A DNA stretch of 64,000 bases from Squalus acanthias (taxonomy: Eukaryota), in assembly GCA_030390025.1 (NCBI GenBank), contig CM059432.1, forward strand, positions 95,668,001 through 95,732,000. The letters are read 5' to 3'. The position numbers and the translations under genes were made by a program. Every line of letters starts with the position of its first letter. Position 1 is the stretch's first letter. The notes beneath the pieces were generated by a model. It saw only the letters and a program-made list of their open reading frames with translations, had not been told where the DNA came from and did no database searches. Below, piece by piece: positions 24,660 to 64,000 of this stretch.

Positions 24660-26050
24660 TATTGTTTAATATATCTACTTTTATGTGAAAATTCAAAGTA
24701 ACTTTGTCAAAATTGAATTTTTTTAAATCCGAAGTGAATTAGTTTTATCTTGGCCTTTTTCTTTATGGCTCACAAATGAAGGAATCCAGCAGATTAGTTG
24801 AATAGTCTGTTGTGATTCATTGCATACTTTGCAAAATGGCTAGTCATTATACAAGTATCTCATTGTAGATATAATGGTCCTTAACGAGAGTCACTGTTAC
24901 TGATTCCCCCAAATTCCTGAAGTTTAATATTTCAGTACAGATAACCAGCACGACAATGGAGCTCTTATGTAGGACTTTGCTGAATGTTACAGCTAATGAT
25001 TCTGTAGACACTGGGGCAAAGGCCATTAGTAAGTCTGGACTTCTGAGCCAACCTGTCAATTGCATTTGTCAAAAGAACCTAAACCTCTCTTGGCTCCTGT
25101 TGTTTTATTTTTAATTTTCTTTTGATACTTTTCTATTTTTATGCTGTTCAATTTTGGAATTTTTGGAAATGTTATGTCTTCACATCAGTATAATTGGAGC
25201 AGATGAATTAAACTGATAAACAATGAAGGAATCCATTTAAACTCTTGACTAGGTTTTACTGGCTGTAGAGGTTAAACGTGTTGTAGCTTGAAAAGTTCCA
25301 AAGTATTGTCAAGTGTAGCTACAGAATATCTTACAAATTAATGGCAGAATATTTCTGAATACTCGGTCTTCTATTAACACTGAAACTCTAATCTGAGTTA
25401 TTTCATTTTAAAATCTGACTGCATGCTATCTTCATTAAACTGTCTGCAGGATTCTGTGCTTCATGGCTCTCGACCATTTCAATTTAAAAGTCGACTGGAC
25501 TTTAGCATCAGAAAACACTGCAGACTGAGCAATTATTTTTAATTGAACAATCACACTTGGAACAAAATGTATTTTTTTAAATTAATAAATAAAAGTGATC
25601 TTACTGTACCAAATGTAACCAAGAAACATCTGAGAGGCTGCCCAGCTTAAGTACTATAGAAAAGGGAGAAAAAAAGGTTAAATCTTGCTAGTCAGTTATT
25701 TAACCCCAGTTCTTAATTTAAAAAAACTAATTTATCGGCATGAATCTTGCACAGGTTTTTGAAGAGTTGCAGTCTGTAGCTCCTTTTTTAAATGTTAGTG
25801 TGCATTCTTGAACATTCACTCCAGATTAGAGTAAGGACGTGCACCAAATTTGCATTTGTCATGACATGCCACGCGCCTAGACAGGCACATATTTTCTACA
25901 CTACTCTACTACTTGTAGACCAATTGGAGTTCAGTGCTGAATTAGGATAATCAAAAATTCACATTTGACATTCAGATAAGGGGACTGCAAGACCTGTTTT
26001 ATTTTAAATAATTCCTGAATATTTTGAGTGTGTCCTGTGTTAATCTATAA

Positions 26051-55866
<29,816 letters not shown>

Positions 55867-56159
55867 TAGACTCACTTGGTGGGTGAAGTTTGCTTTGCTA
55901 TCTTTAGTGATAGATTATATTATTTGCTTTCAGCAGTGTTGAATGAATCTTTTTAAGTCAACAAGTTAATTAATTTTGAGAGAATAGTTTTAATTTTGTC
56001 ATGTTTTGGGACTTCAGACCATGCTGCCACGGGGGGACCTTGATGTGCTGTATGTTGAAAATCCCAAATTGAGCTAAACTTCGCTTTTAAGGGGTTAAGT
56101 TCACAGCATAGGGAGGCTGGCAGGTGTAAATTAGTCTTCAAATGTCTGAAAAAAAATGA

Positions 56160-56665
56160 GAAGTCGCACAACACCAGGTTATAGTCCAACAGTTTTATTT
56201 GAAATTACGAGCTTTCGGAGCTCTGCTCCTTCGTCAGGTACAGTGAGGGAATACAAATCGATTACAAAGTATATATAGACAGAGAACAATGTGTCTGCAG
56301 AGATACAATCCGTCAGGGAGGCATTACATCAAAGACACAGCAGAGTACAGCTAAGACAATGAGGTGGGTCACAGGGGGTCCAACGTGTCAAATGCTGCAG
56401 TCTGCAGTTAAGCTTTTAACTTTTTTTTAAAAACTGGAAATCACACCTGTGAACCAGATAACGATGTCGAGTCACGTTCTGTAGCGTGACATGAACCCGA
56501 GATCCCGGTTGAGGCCGTCCTCATGGGTGCGGAACTTGGCTATCAGTTTCTGCTCGATGATTTTGCGTTGTCGTGTGTCTCGAAGGCCGCCTTGGAGAAC
56601 GCTAACCCGCAGATCCGAGGCTGAATGTCCTTGACTGCTGAAGTGTTCCCCGACTGGGAGGTAAC
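56160..56665 (-). mobile_element. Penelope-like element 3' end: GIY-YIG endonuclease C-terminus and terminal repeat
   Basis: LPVGEHFSSQGHSASDLRVSVLQGGLRDTRQRKIIEQKLIAKFRTHEDGLNRD; downstream hammerhead and aaataaaa signal. Confidence 0.88.
56206..56240 (-). ncRNA. Minimal type I hammerhead ribozyme motif, second family
   Basis: Minus strand UAC-CUGACGA-A-GGAGC-aga-GCUCC-GAAAG-CUC-GUA. Confidence 0.78.
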
Positions 56666-57484
56666 AATTCAAATGTCTGGACCAGCGTCTTGGACACAAT
56701 GAAAGATAGTTTGATATTCCAGTGATCGTTCACCCTCATTGCTCGATGTCTCTATTCAGTTGAACTCAGTAGGGGTCATTGTAAAGTTAGGCTGTTGGAT
56801 TTCATTCTGGGAGGGCAGTAGTCAGTTTGGCACTTGAATTGGGCTATTAAAAAGAGAGAGCTATGAAGCAGAGGGGTAGTCAGACAACAAAGGGCTGTGA
56901 GGAGGATGGAACATAGGAGAGGGGACTTGGGAATTAACGTTAAGTCAAGCAAGATGACCTACTGAAAGGGAGGAGCATAGCATGGTCATTATTTTTGTTA
57001 TTACACAAAGCCAAGTTGTATTGAGTGAAATCAACAAAACTGATTGTAACTGTTGTTGTGGAATAAAGCTGTTGAGAGATTGAAGAAATTCATGTGCAAA
57101 AGCCATGAGTATTTGGTCCAGTTTGCAAGGAGATTGTTACATCCCTGGGTTTGCTATTGTGCACGTAGATATAGGACAGTTTGTGTCAACTCGTTTAAAA
57201 GTAAGACACTCAAACTGCTTCGCATCCAACACCACTGAAGCAAAAAAGGTATCTACAGCAGACCTCAATTTGTAGAACATTTTTACTAATGTTTCCCCCC
57301 TCTAAATCCAGTAGAATATCGATCAGATACAAGACCATAGAGATTCACAGTACAGGAGGCCATTCAATCCATAATGTCTACCAGCTCCTTGTTGGAACAA
57401 TTCAAAGCATCTCTCTGCCCTGCTCTCTGCTCATAGCTCTGAATCTTCCCCTACTTCACATGTTTATCTACTCTTCCCTTAGAA

Positions 57485-57936
57485 GAAAGAAGAAAGAGAC
57501 TTACATTTATATAGCGCCGTTCACAACCTGAGGACATCCTAAAGTGCTTTACAGCCAATTGAGTACTTTTGAAGTGTAGTCACTGTTATAATTTAGGAAA
57601 CACGGCAGCCAATTTGAGCACTGCAAGCTCCCACAAACCGCAATATAAGGACCAGATCATCTGTTTTTTTTAGTGATGCAGATTGATCGATAAATATTGG
57701 ACAGGACACTGGGGATAACTCCCCTGTTATTCTTCGAAATAGTGCCATGGGATCTTTTACGTCCACCTGAGAGAGCAGACATCTCATCTGAAAGACGGCA
57801 CCTCCGACAGTGCAGCCCTTCCTCAGTACTACACTGGAGTGTCAGTCTACATTTTTGTGCGCAAGTCTCTGGACTGGGACTTGAACCCACAAACTTCTGA
57901 CTCGGGCAAGGGTGCTACCAACTGAGCCACGGCTGA
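57485..57936 (-). mobile_element. DeuSINE (SacSINE1-like), near full length
   Basis: Reverse complement of 4307-4733, including the tRNA-like head. Confidence 0.9.
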
Positions 57937-58790
57937 CCCTTAAAAGATGCAATGGTCTCTGCCTGTTACTCCCTGTGGCATAGCATTCCTTGCTCTAACT
58001 CTGCATAGAGATTTCTTCCAACCTCTCTCTGTGCTCAGTGACTGTTTGGCAATGATGATTTTTAGAGTACTTGATCATCACGGACTATAACTATCCCAAT
58101 AGGCTCCAATACCCATCCTAAACAGATGGGGGTGCTATTTTGGCGCTAAAGAGGTGGCCAAGATGGGGTCTTAAGCTGCAACACCGGTTTAGCCCAAGAC
58201 GCCATCTTGGTAAAGGAGTTGAAGCCAGCGCTAGGAATGGCCACCTGGAAGATCGTTAAGTGGCTCATTAAGGAAGCTGCATGCCATTTTGGTGGATAAC
58301 GCTTAATCTAATGACCTAACACCAACCAGCTGAAGAGGAGTAAAAAAGTTGTTGGTGAGGCTTTCTACCGGTACTCCTCTTCTTCTTTGGTATGGTAGTA
58401 GCAAAGCAAATCAAATGTCAATATCTAAGTTGGATATCCAGGCCAAAGCTTCCGATGTAACAGCGTGGATATCTTGTAGGCTGCCTGCAAATTTCCTCTG
58501 AACGCAGTGCTCAATAGTGTGCTCCAGGGTCTGATTAGGAGCTCCACAGTCACATGATGAGGATGTTTTCATCTTCCATCTATGGAGAAGGTGGCAGCAT
58601 CTACCATTACCAGGACTGCTTCATTACCTGAGGAGTTGTGAATGGCGCTGAACACTGTGCAGTCATCAGCGAACATCCCCATTTCTGACCTTATGTTGGA
58701 GGGAAGGTCATTGATGAAGCAGCTGAAGATGGTTGGGCCTAGGACACTGCCCTGAGGAACTCCTGCAGCGATGTCCTGGGGCTGTGATGA

Positions 58791-59720
58791 TTGACCTTAT
58801 ATCTCATTACAGAGATCTATGGCCTTGTGGAAGGAAGACTCAGACGTCACAGCAGAGCCAGGACGGCATTGCCGGTGGCAGTCAAGGTCACAATGGCACT
58901 TAACTTTTATGGTACTGGAACCTTCCAGGCTGCCACAGGTGATATAAGTTACATCTCTCAATCCTCTGTGCACTTCTGTGTAAAGGAGGTCTTTGCGGCT
59001 CTATACACTCTGAGGAATGACTACATATCATTCCCTATTGCTAGAGAAGACCAGAGGCAGAGAGCACTAGGATTCAATAGGATTGAAGGGTTCCCCATGG
59101 TCCAGGGAGCCATTGACTGTGCATAAGTGGTCACGCGAGCCCCTCATTTAAAGTGGGAGGTGTTCAGGAACAGGAAAGGATTCCATTCCCTCAAACTACA
59201 GCTTGTATGCAACCACTGGCAGCGCATCATGCAGGTGAATGCCTGCTCTCCAGGGAGCTGCCACAATGCATTTATAATGAGACAGTCATCCGTCCCACAG
59301 ATCTTTGGGCTCCAACGCAATGTGCATGGCTGACTAGTAGGTGACAAGGGATACCCTCTAATGCCATGGCTCATGACTCCCCTGAGAAACCCCCAGACAC
59401 CAGCTGAGCACTCATACAATGAGAGCCACTCAGCCGCCAAGAATATCATTGAGCAGACCATTGGGGTCCTGAGGCAGAGGTTTAGATGCCTTGACTGATC
59501 AGGAGGTGCCCTGCAGTACTCGGCCGAGAAGGTGCCCACATTCATGGTGATTTGCTGCATGTTCCACAATCGATCATGAGAGACCAGCCGTTACCACCAG
59601 CAATGATGCCAGATGGTTCAAACTCAGGAGCCACAACAGAAGGAGGACCAGGGGGAGCACCAGAGGGTTCCAGGTAGACGAGCCACACCTGGGAGAGACG
59701 CTCGCCACCATCTAATTGAA
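58791..59720 (+). pseudogene. Harbinger DDE transposase with stop codons
   Basis: [75 protein letters not shown]. Confidence 0.92.
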
Positions 59721-60012
59721 CAGCGCTTTTGAGAGACATACTCCAGAGTCCAGAGTACTGTGGCCACATGAGGTACCTTCCACGACTTAGGATCCATCAG
59801 GCAGTTCATCATCTGCACTCAATCCTTTCAACTCCTTCCCCATGAAGATCATAATAAAAAGACCACCGATTCCACCACTACCCAATTACTGTCATCACTG
59901 TTTATATACATCAAAAACAAAATATGTAAACATGACAGAACCAACATCACTTAAAAGTATCAAACTATTCACCCTAGTGTTTACCCTAGTGGCTATCTAT
60001 AAGTGCTCTTGC

Positions 60013-61850
60013 CTAATCTGGTGCTTCTATGAAGTGTATCCAAAGTGGCAGCAGCAGGCGAGGTGGATGGCCGCTGAGATTCTGAAGAGGGCAGTTCAGG
60101 TGTCCTCCTGGGACACCCTCAAGAGGCTGTGGGCCATGATGGCCCCGCCTCAGACTGCACCATCTCAGCACGGGCTTCAGCAGTCTGGGCCACCTGGCTG
60201 ACAGGCAATGGCGAGAGCAATGATGGAGTGGCGGGGGAGGGAGCAGCAATGCTGGTATCCAGAGAGAGGCCAGTAGGCTCCTGCTCCATGATTCGCACGC
60301 CGTTACCTCGGGGCCTCTGTTCAGCCCGCCCAGTGATCTGATGGAGGACAGACCTGTGGGCATCGGAGACACTCTGCGAGCCCCTTTCAACCAAGGAGCC
60401 TCCATGGCAGCTGCCTGAGCTTCCATTGCAGCAGTTTGCCGCTCCATGCAAGCTGCAGTGACCGCCGTGGAAGCTGCGACCTCAGTCGCTGCATGATGTC
60501 GGGCTCCACAGGTCGCTGGCTGGAAGTCACCAGCCTCGCCACGTTGAAGATGATGGGTTCCAGGCTTTGCATCCAGCCACGGACCAAGGTGGAGGCAGAC
60601 TCCTCCATCCCCCTAGCCACGACCCGTAGGCTTTCAGACAGGCTCTCCATTACACCAAGCATTGGGTTTGTTGCACCCATCAGCCGCCTTCTGAAGCTTG
60701 GCCCTGCAAGGTCCTCATCTGACTCCTCTGCAGCAGAACTGGCATGCGACTTTGCCCCCTGGTAAAGGTGGCACCTGTGGTGTCCCTTCCACCAGGTGTG
60801 GCTGCTGCCCGCTAGTGCCCGGTGCATCCCACTGTGAGGATCCCTCTTCTAATCTAGCCGCTAATTTGCGCGTGGTGCCGGTCTCTGAGCTGGTGCCTGC
60901 GACAGTGGTAGCCATTGACGCAGTGCATTCGTCCTCGCTCTCCTCCTCCTCCTCTTCCTCCAGGGGGCAAGGTGGTTCTTGCTGAATCTGCTCCACAGGG
61001 CGAGGTGCATCTTGCTTCTGGGAGCCTACAATGAAAAGCTGGAAGGGTTAGGGTGCAGTGCATGTGGCCACTATAGGAGGATGTGTGTGATGAGATCATA
61101 TGGAGGTTGGGAGTGAGAATAGCTTTGGGTGATTAAGGATCAGGAATAGGTCAGCATCTACAAGGAAGCTGCAGTAACCACATACCTCTATGCAAGATAC
61201 CACAGTTGTCTGCCACTCCCCTCATGATCACAGCCAGCACTGCCTCCTCGAGGTGAGTGATATCATGAATTTGTGCTTTCCCTTCCCCCGGTCAGGTCCT
61301 GGTGCCGCCTGTTATGTGCTAATTTTTCCTGGAAGAGAAAGAGTGGTGATTGTGAATGATTGTATTGGCAGGTGCATTTGTGTGTGTGATGCCCCACATG
61401 GTTGAAGAGCTCTGAGATGTGCCTGTGAAGGATGCAATAGTTTGGGGTGTGTGAATGTCAGTGTACAGTTAGATAGTGGATGAAGTGTGTTGAGGTTGTG
61501 ATGCTGGTGGTGATGTGCAGTTATTGAGAAGTGTGTTTGTGAGGTGGGGTCTTACCTTGACCACTCATGTCAAGTCAGTAAATTTCTTGCGGCACTGGAG
61601 CCATGTCTTGAGGCCAAGGCTCCTGGCTGTGACCTCCTGGGCGATCTCTTCCCATATGCAGCGCATCAGCTGCGTCTGTGGCCTCCTTCCCCCTGCGGGT
61701 AGTGGACATCCCTCCTCCTCTCTACCTCCTCCACCAGGACCTCCAGTGCCACATCGGAGAACCTGGGCACCCTCTCTTTTGCTCCTTGCGACATCCTTCC
61801 ACTCCCAGCCATCGCACTCCACACCTTCAGCGGAACTGGGATGAGTGCAG
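60013..61850 (-). pseudogene. Harbinger Myb/SANT-like gene, spliced, decayed
   Basis: IWEEIAQEVTARSLGLKTWLQCRKKFTDLT, donor near 61555, acceptor near 61328 (EKLAHN), acidic last exon. Confidence 0.8.
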
Positions 61851-62575
61851 GCTACATATACTGCTCCATGAAAATTGCATCTAATCAACACTTGAGTGCT
61901 AAACTTGCAGGTTTCTGGTTAGTGCCTGCAGGCACGTTCAAATCACGATAATCATCAATTAACCCGAAAATTGCGTGCTAAATCCAGACTTTCAAACAGG
62001 CATTTCTTATTAGCACAGCATCCATTTAGCGCCTGTTTTCACCCTTTGGCCAAATAACTCCCTTATTCTTTTTGACAATTAATCAATTCAGCCTCAACTG
62101 CTATTGCTGAGAGTCTGTTCCACAGAGCCACAGCACTTTTTAGATGGAAGAAAAAGCTTTTCTAATTTCTCATCTCACATGAGGCTTGTTTATTTTCAGC
62201 CTATGTTCTCCGTTTAAGTTTAAACACTTAATTATATCCACATCATCTGGGCTTCTGTGCATTTAAACTTACATCATGCCTTCCTTCTAACTTTTCTCAA
62301 TGAAAACAAATTTAGATCTGCAAGTTTCCGCTTTAAACTTGGATATGTAAGTCCAGAATCATCCACGAGTTTCAGTGGACTGAAGATCCCTTTCTCATCC
62401 TTGAGTTGTCTCTTTTCTGACCCCCTCCAATGCATCAATGTTCTTTTGAAGGTAGTACATGCAAAATTGCACACATTATTCCAAACGTAGCAAAGCCTGT
62501 GATTTAAGCAAGCTTGCCTATCTTTACAATTCCAATGCCTCAGTTAAAATGGGACCATTTTATAATGTAAAACAT

Positions 62576-63181
62576 AAAGCAAAATACTGCAGATGCTGGA
62601 AATCTGAAATAAAAACAAAAAATGCTTGAAACACTCAGCAGGTTTGGCAACATCTGTGGAGAGAGGAAGGTTGGGTTAATGTTTCAGGTCGATGACCAGG
62701 AGATGTTACAGGTGAACTGCCTCTAAGGAGGAACAGAGCCGGGGAAAATGGGTTGGGGAGGAAAAAAAAGGAATGGTCTGTGATTAGGTGGAGCACAGGA
62801 GATGACTAAATGACAAGTGATAGTGGTGTAACAAAAGGAGGCAATAATGCGAGAAATTAGAGACATAAAAGATGCATCAAAGACTCAGAGGATGTGTAAA
62901 TGAATAGCAGAAGGGAAGTCATGGTTCTGATAGGGAGGAGAAGGGGTGAGGGCAGAACTGGGGGAAATGGGACAGATACTGTCGAGGGCCCTGTCTACCA
63001 TGATGGAGAAAAATTCTCAGCTGAGGAAAAAGGGCATTTCGGAAGCTCTAGTATGGAAGGTGGCATCGTCTGAGCAGATACGATGGCGGCTGAGAAGCTG
63101 GGAGAAGGGAATGGAGTCCTTACATAAAGCAGGGTGGGAAGAACTATAATTGAGGTGGCTATGGGAGTTGGTGGGCTTATG
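62576..63181 (-). mobile_element. Penelope-like element remnant: RT thumb region and terminal repeat
   Basis: Minus strand HKPTNSHSHLNYSSSHPALCKDSIPFSQLLSRHRICSDDATFH, linked to the same terminal repeat as 30741. Confidence 0.85.
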
Positions 63182-64000
63182 TTACAGAAATACGTTCCTC
63201 CAAGTCCTTCATAAATAGTGTGAACAGTAGAGGACTAAGGAAAGACCCGTATGGGACTTTGCTCTTACCTTCTAGATTATTTGCCTGAAATCCAATTAAT
63301 TTGTAAGGAATGGCCTCTTCTCTTGTATCCATGCTCACTATGACTCCTATATTCTTTAGATAAGCATGGATAGCATCCTATATAATTCTTCTGACCATTT
63401 TCTCCACTACAGATGTTAGACTAACTGTCTAGCAGGCTCACTCTCATTTTGAATAATGGAATAACATTCCCATCTTCACTTGCAGCTTCAATGTTAGGCG
63501 TTCCTTCATATATTTACCAGAGTTTTGACAGTTTTCTCCCTCATTTCCTTGAAGGTGTTGCTTGTATCACATCTGGCCCAAGTCCCATGTGGACATTTAG
63601 CTCATCCTAACTCGTGTTTTATTGATAATTATTTGTGTTATAGTTTCCTGAGCCAAAATGGCTGGATCTGGAATGTGACCACAATTTTCTTTTTTCATTT
63701 TTCTTACTGATTTTTTTTCCCATCCTTTGCAAAAACCTTTGACTTCACAGCTGCTCAGGCCCCTCTGGTACCTGGACTAAGTGATCATTATTCATCTGTG
63801 AGCCTCGAGAGTATGTGGCAGCAGACTGATGGACATCAAAGCCAAAACTGTTCCTGAACCACATCCATACATGTGTGCACGCAGGCCTACGCACACAGCA
63901 GGGATTGTTGAAGAATGATCCTGGGTGATTTTTGTGTTCCAGGGTTACTGACACCACTTGTAGCACCTCACTAGATATACTGAGGCCAATTTAGCGCCCT

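Larger units (their letters stand above)
58128..62062 (+). mobile_element. PIF/Harbinger transposon, decayed; a LINE fragment (about 58620-58790, minus) sits at the transposase 5' part
   Basis: Degenerate TIRs gggtgctattttggc / ggccaaataactccc; convergent transposase and Myb/SANT remnants. Confidence 0.8.

Noticed and set aside
62670..62700. Intact hammerhead on the minus strand
   Set aside because: Only helix II and GAAA remain; the CUGAUGA half is deleted (same at 24115-24135)

Overview
Vertebrate genomic DNA, very likely a cartilaginous fish (shark), judged from its repeat content: CR1 LINEs with an esterase ORF1, Deu-domain SINEs and Penelope-like repeats. The only host gene seen is RBBP8 (CtIP/Sae2) on the + strand. 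I traced 16 internal coding segments from 26065 to 55855, all with GT-AG boundaries and consistent phases; the first two coding exons and the last exon were not found in the window. The rest is intronic and packed with nested mobile DNA: CR1 and L2 LINEs, DeuSINEs, three decayed PIF/Harbinger elements, GC-rich MITEs with 3-bp TSDs, one Tc1/pogo-type MITE and Penelope fragments. The most notable observations are: (1) two families of minimal hammerhead-ribozyme motifs in Penelope-type repeats, including a solo 97-bp module with a 13-bp TSD; (2) a frame break in the large central RBBP8 exon that implies an extra small intron or an assembly error; (3) loss of the Rb-binding LxCxE motif; (4) inverted CR1 copies around an in-frame 798-nt exon block. 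All comparisons with human CtIP are from memory, not from a search.
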